NCBI GenBank assembly: GCA_965262605.1
Contig: CBDHFN010000002.1
Location: forward strand, 153,107-217,106
Direction: 5' to 3'
Source of the DNA: Alphaproteobacteria bacterium
GTDB taxonomy: Bacteria; Pseudomonadota; Alphaproteobacteria; JASGCL01
Length of the DNA: 64,000 bases
In this document: positions 1 through 9,975 of the stretch, one piece after another
Numbering within the stretch: the first letter of the stretch is position 1
Layout of the letters: each line of letters starts with the position of its first letter
The notes under the pieces: generated by a model
The model's database searches: none
What the model was told of the DNA's origin: nothing
Seen by the model: only the letters and a program-made list of their open reading frames with translations
Position numbers and translations under genes: made by a program

Positions 1-380
1 AACCCAACTTGAGTCAATAAATCTATCGCAATCGTTAATGCTTGCTTTTTGGGCATTTTCAAGGAATATATCAAGCGAAATGCGATATTTTCTTGAATAT
101 TCATGCTATCAAATAACGCAGAATATTGGAATAACATGCTCATATTTTGGGTGATCTTTGCCAATTCATTGCTATCAAGCGTTAAAATATCTTGATTTTT
201 TATAAAAATTTTACCGCTTTGCGGGCTAATAATGCCCAATATTGTTTTAATTAATACCGATTTCCCGCAACCAGACGAACCAATAACAACCAAAGATTCA
301 CCTTTATTTAAAGTTAAGTTAATATCCCGTAAAACATGGTTATTGCCAAATTTAACATTTAAATTTTGAATATTTATCAT
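1..380 (-). CDS. mlaF: ABC transporter ATP-binding protein (MlaF-like), N-terminal part; the gene runs off the window start
   Basis: Minus-strand translation from the ATG at 378-380 reads MINIQNLNVKFGNNHVLRDINLTLNKGESLVVIGSSGCGKS..., which contains a Walker A motif. The start overlaps the mlaE stop in an ATGA junction. It is absent from the supplied ORF track because it is truncated. Confidence 0.75.
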   Translation of the reverse strand, partial: MINIQNLNVKFGNNHVLRDINLTLNKGESLVVIGSSGCGKSVLIKTILGIISPQSGKIFIKNQDILTLDSNELAKITQNMSMLFQYSALFDSMNIQENIAFRLIYSLKMPKKQALTIAIDLLTQVG

Positions 381-1156
381 GATACATTAAACCAAATTAA
401 AGTTATAACAAAATTGGCGATTAAAATTAAAATTGACGCAATTACAACGGCATTAGTCGTGGCGCGCCCCACCCCTTCGGCACCGCCTTTGGTATAAAAT
501 CCGCAATAAACCCCCATCAACGCAAGTATAAAACCAAATACCGAAGCCTTGACAATGCCCAACGCCACACCATTAAATGTAAGTGAGGCATAACCATAAT
601 TTAAAAACGCATCATAACTTATATTTAATTGCAAAACACAGATTAAAAGCCCGCCCAATATCCCCATTAAATCGCCAATGATAAGCAAAAATGGCATTGC
701 CAAAATGCCACCAATCAAGCGCGGAAAAATAATAAATTTCACGGGATTGACATTCAGGCTTGACATTGCGTCAATTTGTTCGCTTACCCGCATCGTGCCA
801 ATTTCCGCCGCAATCGCCGCGCCGATTCGTCCCGCCACCATTAAGCCCGCAAACACGGGCGCAAGTTCACGAGTCATTGCCAAAACCACAAGACTTGGAA
901 TCGCTTGCTTGGCAATATCACCCGAAAAACCGCTATAACTTTGCAACGCCAAAACCATGCCCGCAAAAAGGCAAGTCATCGCCACAACCGGCACAGAATA
1001 AAAACCAATTTCAAGCCATGCCCGCCAAATATTTTGCCAATAAATTGGTTTTTTAAAGCCAATAATTAATGCCCAAAGCGCAAAAATCACCACTTGACCA
1101 ATTGCACTTAATGCTTGGTAAAGTGGTTGCAAAATTTGCCATAAGTTTTTATTCAT
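377..1156 (-). CDS. mlaE: Phospholipid/ABC transporter permease MlaE
   Basis: 259 aa with multiple TM helices and an MlaE-like sequence (LAMTRELAPVFAGLMVAGRIGAAIAAEIGTMRVSEQIDAM). It is adjacent to the MlaF-like ATPase. Confidence 0.85.
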   Translation of the reverse strand: MNKNLWQILQPLYQALSAIGQVVIFALWALIIGFKKPIYWQNIWRAWLEIGFYSVPVVAMTCLFAGMVLALQSYSGFSGDIAKQAIPSLVVLAMTRELAPVFAGLMVAGRIGAAIAAEIGTMRVSEQIDAMSSLNVNPVKFIIFPRLIGGILAMPFLLIIGDLMGILGGLLICVLQLNISYDAFLNYGYASLTFNGVALGIVKASVFGFILALMGVYCGFYTKGGAEGVGRATTNAVVIASILILIANFVITLIWFNVS

Positions 1157-2039
1157 TCATCACCTTTTGCGGGTATTTATGCCGATTTTTAAATTTCAGA
1201 CTTATCCAAATCACAATCATGCTAACCACGACAACACCGCCCATAAGCGTTTGCTGGCTTGGCAATTGCCCAACAACCGCCCAAACCCATAAAGGACCAA
1301 ATAAAGTTTCCAATAAATATAATAATAAAGTTTCTTCGGGTGAGACATATTTTGACATGACGGAAGTTAAATAAAAGCTTAACGCGCAAATCATGCCATT
1401 AAAAAGCATGATTTTCATAGAATCATCAGGAATAACCACATTAAAATTCATAAAAGGTATGCAAATTAAAGCAGTTACCAATGAGCTAAGCGAAATAGTA
1501 AGCAAAATGTTAATTTTAGGGTGCGCCCGCAAATAAATATAAAATGCCGCTAAATTAAACGCGCATAAAACCGAAGCCATTGACCCCCAAAAATCGCCAC
1601 GCACAAAATCGCCCTGCATGACAATCGCAACCCCAAGAAAAACTCCAATAATTGTCACCCAATTAGTCAATGAAACTTTGGATTTCAAAAAAAATACCGA
1701 CAAAAACGCCCCAATTAAAGGCGAAGCAGCAATGATGACAAGATTTGATGCCACCGAATTATGCAAAGTTCCCAAAACGAACCCCAATGAACCCAAGGGA
1801 TAAAAAAACAACACAGGGTAAATAATTTTAAATTCCGCAAGAAAATTTTGAAAAATTGGCAAGTTTTTTCGCTTCATAATAAATAAAGCCAACATGGTTA
1901 AAACGATAAATTGTGAAAAATGCCGATAAAATGTCACTGTAAAGCTATCTTGATTTGCCAGCGTAATTAATAAACTATCAGGAGTTAAAATCATAACTCC
2001 TAACGCGGTGATTAATAAGGCTTTTAATTCTTGATTCAT
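1149..2039 (-). CDS. DMT/EamA-family membrane transporter (about 10 TM)
   Basis: 296 aa, highly hydrophobic with about 10 predicted helices. The fold assignment rests on the hydropathy pattern only. Confidence 0.55.
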   Translation of the reverse strand: MNQELKALLITALGVMILTPDSLLITLANQDSFTVTFYRHFSQFIVLTMLALFIMKRKNLPIFQNFLAEFKIIYPVLFFYPLGSLGFVLGTLHNSVASNLVIIAASPLIGAFLSVFFLKSKVSLTNWVTIIGVFLGVAIVMQGDFVRGDFWGSMASVLCAFNLAAFYIYLRAHPKINILLTISLSSLVTALICIPFMNFNVVIPDDSMKIMLFNGMICALSFYLTSVMSKYVSPEETLLLYLLETLFGPLWVWAVVGQLPSQQTLMGGVVVVSMIVIWISLKFKNRHKYPQKVMNE

Positions 2040-3280
2040 GAAGTTTTACTATCGCGAATCCATTGGCGTGAAATGGCTTCAATTTTTTCGCCTTGAAATA
2101 ATTGCGCGCCCATTTTAACCCCGACTTGCAACGATTCCAAGGAATTAATATTGCGCAAAATAAATCGTTCTGGACGAATTTGCAAAATAATATTTTTGAT
2201 GATTTCTTGAATATCAAATGAATGATGATGCGCGAAATTTTCTGGGGGTTCAAAAAATAATAAATCAAAGTCCAAATATTCGGCATTAACCAGACTTAAA
2301 ACATCTAAATTCACGCCATGAATCGCGACAATATGCCCCCTTGAACGCAAAAATTTTAAACATTCCGTGTATGAATTAATATTATGTAAAACATTATAAA
2401 TATCCACTTCAACCACCAAGAAATTTTCATTATTCCATTTATTATTTGTGACAAAGCTTAAAAATTCGGGGCTACAAATCGCACCTTGCGATAATTTCAA
2501 CCCCACGGATTTCGTGCCTAAAACCACGCTGCGCATTGCTAATAATCGCAATAATCGTTTTTGGCACGCATCGTCAAGACTATATCGCAAAAAACTTGAA
2601 GGGTCAAGTTCATTGGAAGGAAGAAGAATTTTACATAATTCATCAAGCTTAATTGATGCTTCGGTAAAAAGCTTTTCCGCCACGCCATGGTCGGGAAAAA
2701 ATGAAAAAATTGGCGTTTGTTGCACAAAATTTTTCAAATTCACGGTGGAGATATATTCTTCGGATTTTGAAATTTGCCGTGCCGTGGCGGGCGATTTGAT
2801 AAATTTGCCGCGTTCATCGTTTGGAAAATTTTTCGTGGTATTTTCAGGGTCAATAACATAAATAGTATCGCGAACAAACGATTCAAAATTGACGGGTGCT
2901 TGAAAATTATAAATGCGGTAAATTTCCGAAAATAAGCTAATTCGGCTGATTTTGAAAAAATACTCATCATGGCTGATGATTTCTGCCAAGGCGTTAAAGC
3001 GTTTTTCCAATGCTGACATGCCAATATTTTTTATGACAATAATTAAAACTCCAGAATCCGTATGAAAATACCGACCGGCAAAAGTCTTAATAATATCTTC
3101 AAACCATTTTTCAACAATTTTGCTGTAAATATATCGTTCGGTCGCATCGGCAATGATACTGCAATTAATAATAGTTGCGCAATAAAGCGTTTGCTTTGCG
3201 CGAATTATTTCTACATATTCTTTTAATTTCTGGGCGTGTTCGCCCAAAATTTGTGTATTCTCGTTATTATTTCCAGTCAT
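2036..3280 (-). CDS. Hypothetical cytoplasmic protein, possibly a degenerate GGDEF/EAL-like (c-di-GMP related) protein
   Basis: 414 aa. The C-terminal 150 aa loosely resemble an EAL domain with the DDFGTG motif replaced (IHGVNLDVLSL), ending in ...GAQLFQGEKI. A central RYFHTDSGVLIIV stretch resembles a degenerate RYGGDEF motif. Confidence 0.45.
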   Translation of the reverse strand: MTGNNNENTQILGEHAQKLKEYVEIIRAKQTLYCATIINCSIIADATERYIYSKIVEKWFEDIIKTFAGRYFHTDSGVLIIVIKNIGMSALEKRFNALAEIISHDEYFFKISRISLFSEIYRIYNFQAPVNFESFVRDTIYVIDPENTTKNFPNDERGKFIKSPATARQISKSEEYISTVNLKNFVQQTPIFSFFPDHGVAEKLFTEASIKLDELCKILLPSNELDPSSFLRYSLDDACQKRLLRLLAMRSVVLGTKSVGLKLSQGAICSPEFLSFVTNNKWNNENFLVVEVDIYNVLHNINSYTECLKFLRSRGHIVAIHGVNLDVLSLVNAEYLDFDLLFFEPPENFAHHHSFDIQEIIKNIILQIRPERFILRNINSLESLQVGVKMGAQLFQGEKIEAISRQWIRDSKTS

Positions 3281-3341
3281 GCTCTTTATTTAACCTGATT
3301 CTATGTATTTGTCCATAATTTATAATGTTTTTTTTGAAAAT

Positions 3342-4001
3342 TTATTCATCTTCGTTTATATCATATTTAACCCCAAAAGCTTGATTTAATAAATCAAGTT
3401 GCGATTGAGTTTCATTATTTTCATCGTCTTCGTCCATGCTTAATTGGTGCATTGCATGCCCGCTTTCTAATAATCCTAATGATTTAAGTTCGTTCATGGC
3501 GGGTAAATCTTTTAAATCCGTTAAGCCAAAATGCACCAAAAAGCTTTCGGTCGTGCCAAAACATAATGGTCTGCCCGGAATTTTTTTGCGCCCCTTAGGT
3601 TTTACCCAACCCGTTTCCAATAAAATATCCAAAGTGCCCTTTGATAAGGCAACCCCCCTTACCTCTTCAATATCGGCGCGGGTGACTGGCTGATGATAGG
3701 CAATAATTGCCAGAGTTTCCAATGCCGCACGGGATAATTTTTTTTGTTCTTGTTTATATTTTACTAAATAAGGGGCTAAATCGGGGGCGCTGGTTAATAA
3801 ATACCCATCAAGGTGGCGCACTAAATTCACGCCGCGGTTTTTATAAATTTCGTGCAATTCGTGCAAAATTTCGTCAATATCGGCGTTATTGGGCAATAAG
3901 GCTTGCAATTCTTGGCGCGTCAAGGGTGTAGCAGAGGCAAATAACGCCGCTTCAATTAATCTTGTATAATTATGCGCTTCAAGCATCAAAATCACCTTCA
4001 C
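3342..4001 (-). CDS. scpB: Segregation and condensation protein B (ScpB)
   Basis: 219 aa with ScpB winged-helix sequence (LEAALFASATPLTRQEL...ETLAIIAYHQPVTRADIEEVRG) and an acidic C-terminal tail. Confidence 0.9.
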   Translation of the reverse strand: MKVILMLEAHNYTRLIEAALFASATPLTRQELQALLPNNADIDEILHELHEIYKNRGVNLVRHLDGYLLTSAPDLAPYLVKYKQEQKKLSRAALETLAIIAYHQPVTRADIEEVRGVALSKGTLDILLETGWVKPKGRKKIPGRPLCFGTTESFLVHFGLTDLKDLPAMNELKSLGLLESGHAMHQLSMDEDDENNETQSQLDLLNQAFGVKYDINEDE

Positions 4002-4719
4002 TTTTTTTTGCTTTTATTTCAATATTGCCAAAAAAATCGGCTTGGCGCATCTGAATTTTAGCATCACGATTCATTTCCAAAATCGCGCATAAAGTTGCGG
4101 CAAATGCTGACCTTGCTTGCAATTTTGTGGGATATTTTTTATCAAAGCTTTGTTCCATGTTAATCCATTCGCGCAATTTTGGCAATAATAATTCCAGCCT
4201 TTGAATCGCAATTTCGGTTGATTCTAAATTTGTCGGTAAAATCGCTAAATTCCCAATTTTTTGGCGACCACGACAATAAGCATATGCAAGAATTAATTCG
4301 TTAATTTCCGTATTAAATAATGATTTTTTAAAAATCATTATATTTTGCGCCATGCCCCGTGTGAAAAACTCACTGCCCCATTGTGGGCGGGCTTGTAATT
4401 CGCGGGCTTTTTCTTGAATTTCGCTTAAAATCAACAATGCCTGACGGGTTAGGGTAAATTCTTCGGGTTCATCAATTTGGTCTTGGGGGATTAATAATTG
4501 CGATTTAAGATAAGTTAAATAGCTTGCCATCACCAGATATTCGGCGGTTAAATCCAAATGTTGCGCCGCTGATTTATCTATAAATTCCAGATATTTATCG
4601 CATAATTGCGTCATGGATATTTGCCGTAAATCAACTTGTTGGGCGCGGGCTAAATTAAGCAATAAATCCAAGGGTCCTTCAAAATTATTGATGGATATTT
4701 GCCAAATTTCTTCACTCAT
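3979..4719 (-). CDS. scpA: Segregation and condensation protein A (ScpA)
   Basis: 246 aa with an ScpA N-terminus (FEGPLDLLLNLARAQQVDLRQISMTQL). It overlaps scpB. Confidence 0.9.
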   Translation of the reverse strand: MSEEIWQISINNFEGPLDLLLNLARAQQVDLRQISMTQLCDKYLEFIDKSAAQHLDLTAEYLVMASYLTYLKSQLLIPQDQIDEPEEFTLTRQALLILSEIQEKARELQARPQWGSEFFTRGMAQNIMIFKKSLFNTEINELILAYAYCRGRQKIGNLAILPTNLESTEIAIQRLELLLPKLREWINMEQSFDKKYPTKLQARSAFAATLCAILEMNRDAKIQMRQADFFGNIEIKAKKSEGDFDA

Positions 4720-5716
4720 CTTGCCATAAATCCCCTAAAATCGCCTTAACGATTTGAAAATTTGCGGCAATATCAATTTTTGTATCAGGGTAAGTTTCGC
4801 TTAATAAAAATTTTTCTTTATGATTAAGGGGCAAAATCGCATCGGCTATTTCTTGCATTTGCTCTAATTCGCCGTTGCAATGCAAGACTAAATCACAACC
4901 AGCATTAAGGCATTTTATGGTGCGCTCATGATAAGTGCCTTGCAACGCCTTCATTGATAAATCATCGGACATTATCAAGCCATGAAAACCAATTTGTTCG
5001 CGAATCACTTCGCCCAAAATACGCTTAGACATGGTGGCGCAATTATCCGCATCAAGCGAATTGTAAATAATATGCGCCGTCATCGCCAATGGGAATAAAT
5101 TGCAATATTCAAAGGGATAAAAATCATGGGCAAGGGTTGCAAGGTCTGCCGCAACGATTGGTAAATCTTCGTGCGAATCGCAATTGGCGCGCCCATGCCC
5201 GGGAATGTGCTTGATAATGGGTTTAATGCCATAATTCATCAATGTTTTACCATATTCATGCGCCAATATCGCGATGATATTTTTATCCGCGCTAAACGCG
5301 CGATTGCCAATAATATCATGCGCGCCGCTGATGGCTAAATCAATTAAAGGCGCGCAATTAATTGTAATTCCCAATTCTTGAAATTCGCCCGCTTGCCATG
5401 CGGCATAACTTTGAATTGCTTGAATCGCTTTTTGGGAATCACGCAAATAAGCTTGCCCAAAAATCGCCATATTCGGGGCGGGCAACCATTCGGGCGGTTT
5501 TAACCTGCGCACCCTGCCGCCTTCTTGGTCAATAAGAAATTCCAAATTATGCCCGATATTTATTGATTTACATTCGTCAATTAAAGCCTTAGTTTGCGCT
5601 TTATTTTTAATATTGCGGGCGAATAATATAATGCCCCATGGTTGATGTTTGGCGATAAATTGCCGTTCCAAAAAATTAAGTTCGGTTGATTTTATGCCAA
5701 TAATAAGCGGTTTCAT
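4712..5716 (-). CDS. nagZ: Beta-N-acetylhexosaminidase NagZ (GH3)
   Basis: 334 aa with GH3 NagZ motifs (DQEGGRVRRL, IKHIPGHGRANCDSHEDLP). Confidence 0.9.
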   Translation of the reverse strand: MKPLIIGIKSTELNFLERQFIAKHQPWGIILFARNIKNKAQTKALIDECKSINIGHNLEFLIDQEGGRVRRLKPPEWLPAPNMAIFGQAYLRDSQKAIQAIQSYAAWQAGEFQELGITINCAPLIDLAISGAHDIIGNRAFSADKNIIAILAHEYGKTLMNYGIKPIIKHIPGHGRANCDSHEDLPIVAADLATLAHDFYPFEYCNLFPLAMTAHIIYNSLDADNCATMSKRILGEVIREQIGFHGLIMSDDLSMKALQGTYHERTIKCLNAGCDLVLHCNGELEQMQEIADAILPLNHKEKFLLSETYPDTKIDIAANFQIVKAILGDLWQDE

Positions 5717-5718
5717 GG

Positions 5719-6999
5719 TTAAGCTCCTGCCACTGGTTTAAGAGTAGATTGCATGATTTTTTGCCAAATTATCGTGATGATTAATAAAACCATGGGTATG
5801 GCAAAGCCTAATTTATAGGCATCTTCTAAAATCCAGCCCCAGTCCATCACCATATCAATAACCACACCAATAAGCCATTGAAAAATAAAAGCCATGACAA
5901 ATGCCAATAAATTTAACGCGCTATTCACCCGCCCGGTGATGCGTATATCAAAAACCTGAGACAACAACCCATATGTTAAAATGCCCGACCCCATACAGCC
6001 AACAACTAAAAACATGCCCCAAAAGCTGAATTGCGGGGGCAAAAAAACAATAATGGCAAAGCCAAAAATGATAATATATTGCCCCGCTAAAATTAATCCT
6101 TCGGTGCTGCAAATACCCATTTTGGGTAAAATTTGCGAACCAAAGCCAAAAATCACATATCCTAACACCATACATACCGCCGCCAATGACATGATATTAC
6201 CAACATCATGCAAGCTAAACCCCGCCACTGATTTTAAATATAACGCCCCCCATAAGAAAATAACAGCAACCTGTGAGGCTTGGGAAATCACGGTGGGCGG
6301 GGTTAAAATCCAAAATCTTTTATCGGCAAAAATAATTTTATATTGCTTAAAGCTTGCCCAAAATTCTTCTTGATTATCATTGCTTGCCTTGGGTTTTTCA
6401 AATTTCGGGGGCATGAATAAAATCATCAAGGCTATTATAAAAGTCGCAACGGCTAAAATAATAAAAACACCCCGCCAATCGGTATAATTTAGCAATATTT
6501 CCACGGGACCTGAGCCAATTAAAGCCCCAGCACCGCCCGCCATCATTTGCATATTATTCATCATGGGTAATTTTTCGCGGGCAAAACATTCGCTATACGC
6601 CTTAAAAGCCGCCATAAGACTGGCACAGACACCAAAGCCGATTAACCCCCTGCCTAAGATTAAATGCCACGATTCTGTAGCTTGGGAAAAAATCAACGCC
6701 CCTAAAACTGCAAAAAATAATAAAAACCCTTCAGTTTTGCGCGCGCCAATTCTGTCAAGCATCACCCCCATTGGAATTTGCATCAAGGTAAATGTCAAAA
6801 AATAACTTGCTGTCATTAAGCCTAAATCAGATTTTGTCAGCAAAAATTCGGTGGATAAAATTCCGCCAACCATGCCATTTACCACGCGAAATAAAAACGA
6901 AATTAAATACCCCAAAGCAAAGGGAATATAAAGCCGAACAATAAACATAAAATTTAAATTAGCATGGGACGATTGCGAATTAATCATTGGTTTCACCAT
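5719..6999 (-). CDS. MFS transporter (possibly AmpG-type muropeptide permease, from context with nagZ)
   Basis: The ORF 5719-7035 encodes 12 or more TM helices. The likely start is an internal Met (6999 or 6987) just after the cytochrome stop at 6980. The stop lies 2 nt from the nagZ start. Confidence 0.7.
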   Translation of the reverse strand: MVKPMINSQSSHANLNFMFIVRLYIPFALGYLISFLFRVVNGMVGGILSTEFLLTKSDLGLMTASYFLTFTLMQIPMGVMLDRIGARKTEGFLLFFAVLGALIFSQATESWHLILGRGLIGFGVCASLMAAFKAYSECFAREKLPMMNNMQMMAGGAGALIGSGPVEILLNYTDWRGVFIILAVATFIIALMILFMPPKFEKPKASNDNQEEFWASFKQYKIIFADKRFWILTPPTVISQASQVAVIFLWGALYLKSVAGFSLHDVGNIMSLAAVCMVLGYVIFGFGSQILPKMGICSTEGLILAGQYIIIFGFAIIVFLPPQFSFWGMFLVVGCMGSGILTYGLLSQVFDIRITGRVNSALNLLAFVMAFIFQWLIGVVIDMVMDWGWILEDAYKLGFAIPMVLLIITIIWQKIMQSTLKPVAGA

Positions 7000-8962
7000 T
7001 TTCACTTTCTGGTTTAACAATGTTAACGCCGTCAATATTTATTGTATTTTTTGTCGCATTTATTGACTTGCCATGATATAAATGGCAAGTTTTGCAATCG
7101 GTTGAAGCCCCATTTTTAACATGGCATAAATCGCAAGTATCCTTGGAGATAACATGGAAATTCCTGTCGGGTTTTGTAATGGATAAATCATGAAATTCTT
7201 CGTAATAATTTGAAACTTCATTTAACTGATGGCATGCCAAACATGCGCCATCACCCAAAATTTCATAATGCGGTTTATGTTTAAATTTTGTGTATTTTAA
7301 TTGATTTTTCTCGGGCGGATTAATTACCCAATTAGTCATCAGTATTTTCATCGCGTTATTTTCAATTTCCGATTTTTTGTCTTTTATATTTATTTGTTCT
7401 TGGGAATGGCAATTTAAGCAACCACCAACAACTTGTCGGTTATGAAATAACTCATTTATCCTATCAAAACTTGGTTGCAACAGCGGAGTTTTGAAATAAT
7501 TTATAGTTGTGTCAATCCAATTCTTAATAAATTCATCTTGATGGGATATGGGGCGATATACTATGCCGTTTCGGTCTAATGTCCAATTTTGTTTGGGGTA
7601 AAGGCTTTCAAACGATTTCACAGGATTAAATGCGTTATGAATTGGACGATTTTCATGATATTTTATAATTTCATCGCGAAATTGCCCGCCAAAATACCGC
7701 ACTATAAATTGATTGCTTAAATCGCGCGGAATGGAAAGCGTTAATTTCTTATTATTTTCATCGTTACCATCAGTAATATCCAATAATAAAAGCTTGTAAG
7801 CCCATATTAATTTAGCAATTTCTTGCAAATCTGCTTTGCTTACTTTTGATAAATCATTCAATCCAGTTGCGCGATATTTATTCATTATTTCGCTTAATTC
7901 AATTTGCGAAGTAAGCAAATAATCCACCATTGGATTAAACCAATTTTTACCGCGCTCTAAAATTGGGTATGCGCCAATAATTACATTATTATTGGCAAAC
8001 GCATTCGTGTCAATGATTGGCAATGCAATCACTTCAATGGGTTTAATACCGGGCGCGTCTTGTCCGGTTACCGTGGCGATATGGCATGACAAACCGCAAG
8101 TTTGCTCAAAAGATTTAGTTGTCATGTCTGATTTATTGCCGTCTTGGGTATTATTAATAACATGGCAAAATTGGCAATCATTCGGCGCTTCACCCAAAGC
8201 TGGATTTAAATTTGCGAATTTTTCAAAATGCCGTGCATGGTCAAAAATAATTCTGCCACGGCGTTTAAATGGAAAATTCAGAAAATTAGGATGCGTATTT
8301 TCAAAATCCGTAATATTAATTAAATGGCATTGCGTGCATACTTCATTATTATCAGTTCGGTCTGTAAATGAAGTTTTACCATGCCCGCGATGGCATTCCG
8401 CGCAATCACCGGGCGATTCTTGTAATTCGGTTGCCCCAAAAATATATCCAAACCAGCGGCGATACCACGGACGCTCTTTTAGAAATATTCCGTGTTTGGC
8501 TAAATCAAATTGTTCTTTATTATGCGGATTTTTATAATTTTCGCCAACATCATGGCACGACAGACATGATTTATTATCATCGCCTAATTTTAAGGTAAAT
8601 ACATCGTGCAAAATTGGAAAAGACAGATTTTCATTGGGTTTAATATGGCATTGTTCGCAATTTTCAATGGATGCGTGGTTCGCGGATAATGGACCCGGGC
8701 TTAAAACATTATGCCCTAAAATGCCGCTAAAAATTACCATCATCAGCACAAAAGTTGCCAAACCTAATAAAAAAGAGATAATTAACCAGAATTTACGGCT
8801 TTCATATTTTGGTTCGCAATATTCAGATATTGGCAAATTTTCCAGCGATTTACCGCATTTACCTTGAATAGTCGGTCCGTATTTACAATGAATATTATCC
8901 GCGCACTTATAATTGGCATTCGGGCGCGGAAAATATCTTTTGCGAAAATTTTCAAATTTCAT
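6980..8962 (-). CDS. Membrane-anchored multiheme cytochrome c (about 10 haem-binding sites)
   Basis: 660 aa. It has nine CxxCH motifs (CEQCH, CLSCH, CAECH, CTQCH, CQFCH, CLNCH, CLACH, CDLCH, CKTCH) plus one CxxxCH (CGLSCH). It also has an N-terminal Cys-rich segment followed by a single TM helix (FWLIISFLLGLATFVLMMVIFSGIL). Confidence 0.85.
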   Translation of the reverse strand: MKFENFRKRYFPRPNANYKCADNIHCKYGPTIQGKCGKSLENLPISEYCEPKYESRKFWLIISFLLGLATFVLMMVIFSGILGHNVLSPGPLSANHASIENCEQCHIKPNENLSFPILHDVFTLKLGDDNKSCLSCHDVGENYKNPHNKEQFDLAKHGIFLKERPWYRRWFGYIFGATELQESPGDCAECHRGHGKTSFTDRTDNNEVCTQCHLINITDFENTHPNFLNFPFKRRGRIIFDHARHFEKFANLNPALGEAPNDCQFCHVINNTQDGNKSDMTTKSFEQTCGLSCHIATVTGQDAPGIKPIEVIALPIIDTNAFANNNVIIGAYPILERGKNWFNPMVDYLLTSQIELSEIMNKYRATGLNDLSKVSKADLQEIAKLIWAYKLLLLDITDGNDENNKKLTLSIPRDLSNQFIVRYFGGQFRDEIIKYHENRPIHNAFNPVKSFESLYPKQNWTLDRNGIVYRPISHQDEFIKNWIDTTINYFKTPLLQPSFDRINELFHNRQVVGGCLNCHSQEQINIKDKKSEIENNAMKILMTNWVINPPEKNQLKYTKFKHKPHYEILGDGACLACHQLNEVSNYYEEFHDLSITKPDRNFHVISKDTCDLCHVKNGASTDCKTCHLYHGKSINATKNTINIDGVNIVKPESENGETND

Positions 8963-9975
8963 TTATAACCTACTTCTGTAAATAAAATATATTTCCATAC
9001 ATGGAATATAATTATCGCCCAAAGGCTGGGCACAAATAAGGCGTGTATTTTATAAAAAAACCGCATTATAAAATAAAAAACATGCGTATTATTTAAAATA
9101 TTTTTATTTTCAATTAAAATCTTAATTGCGTGTAATTCTTGATGAAATTCATCGCCAAAAACACGAATTAATTCATTAATAATATCCAAATTCCTGCGAT
9201 ATGCGCGTTGATTAAATTGGAATTTACCGAAATAGTCAACATAATTACTGGCGAATAATTCCACGATATTTTCCGCCTTTTTGATTAATTTTAATCGTTC
9301 ATAATATTTGAAAAATTCTTGGTGAATAAAATATTTCTCGGTATAAATTTGATTATAGCTTAATAATTCATGGTTATTAATGGCAAGTTTCGGCAAAAAC
9401 CGATTAATAATTTCTTGAATTATCCCTGAAATACATATTATCATGGCAAAAATAATAATTAAATATCCCATAAAATTTAGACTGCGGTTATTAAAAACAT
9501 GAAAATAAAATATAATCAACCAAATTAACCCCGTCATGACATGCAGATATTTCCAATCCTTGGCATTGGGCAAAGGCAAAGCACCATATCGTTTTTTTAT
9601 GCCATAAATAGTTTGAATAGCCATACCAATTAACAAAAATATCCCCAAAAGCGATTGGTTATCATAACCAACTTTATTGCCATAAACAATCAATAACCCA
9701 ATTATCGCAACGGACACAAGCAACATATTTGATAAGGAAGGTAATTTTTTGCCAATAATTTTACAATAATTATATAATAATTTAAAATCTCTAAGGCTAT
9801 ATCGGCGGGTGAACGCTTGAGTTATCATTGCTTTTAATGGTAATTTTTTTAAAAAATAATAAATATTTAAAATATTAAAATATAAATCTTTGGCAAAGCT
9901 ATATAATTTCATGGTAAATTTAACCCATAAATTTTTCATAATATTCATCAAAAATTGTTGATAATTTTCGTTCAT
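8959..9975 (-). CDS. Ferric-reductase/NOX/MsrQ-like di-haem-b membrane protein (split FRD domain with a soluble insert)
   Basis: The ORF is 8959-10086, and the likely start is Met38 at 9975, giving an ATGA overlap with the ferredoxin stop. There are six predicted TM helices. Two helices each carry an H-x13-H pair (YLHVMTGLIWLIIFYFHVF; KIHALFVPSLWAIIIFHVW), which is the bis-haem signature of ferric reductase domains. About 110 aa of soluble sequence are inserted between TM4 and TM5. Confidence 0.7.
   Translation of the reverse strand: MNENYQQFLMNIMKNLWVKFTMKLYSFAKDLYFNILNIYYFLKKLPLKAMITQAFTRRYSLRDFKLLYNYCKIIGKKLPSLSNMLLVSVAIIGLLIVYGNKVGYDNQSLLGIFLLIGMAIQTIYGIKKRYGALPLPNAKDWKYLHVMTGLIWLIIFYFHVFNNRSLNFMGYLIIIFAMIICISGIIQEIINRFLPKLAINNHELLSYNQIYTEKYFIHQEFFKYYERLKLIKKAENIVELFASNYVDYFGKFQFNQRAYRRNLDIINELIRVFGDEFHQELHAIKILIENKNILNNTHVFYFIMRFFYKIHALFVPSLWAIIIFHVWKYILFTEVGYK

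Noticed and set aside
1-1156. mlaE preceding mlaF (permease before ATPase), considered as a possible rearrangement
   Set aside because: A permease-first order is common outside enterobacteria. The ATGA-coupled junction argues for a native operon.
1978-2286. 102-aa minus-strand ORF spanning the junction of the DMT transporter and the hypothetical gene
   Set aside because: It overlaps both better-supported genes in another frame, and its translation has no features.
7992-8867. Plus-strand ORFs (181, 76 and 77 aa) inside the cytochrome c gene, and similar antisense ORFs inside mlaE, accC, dnaG, the ATPases and other genes
   Set aside because: These are shadow ORFs on the opposite strand of well-supported genes. 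They have no motifs and low-complexity translations.
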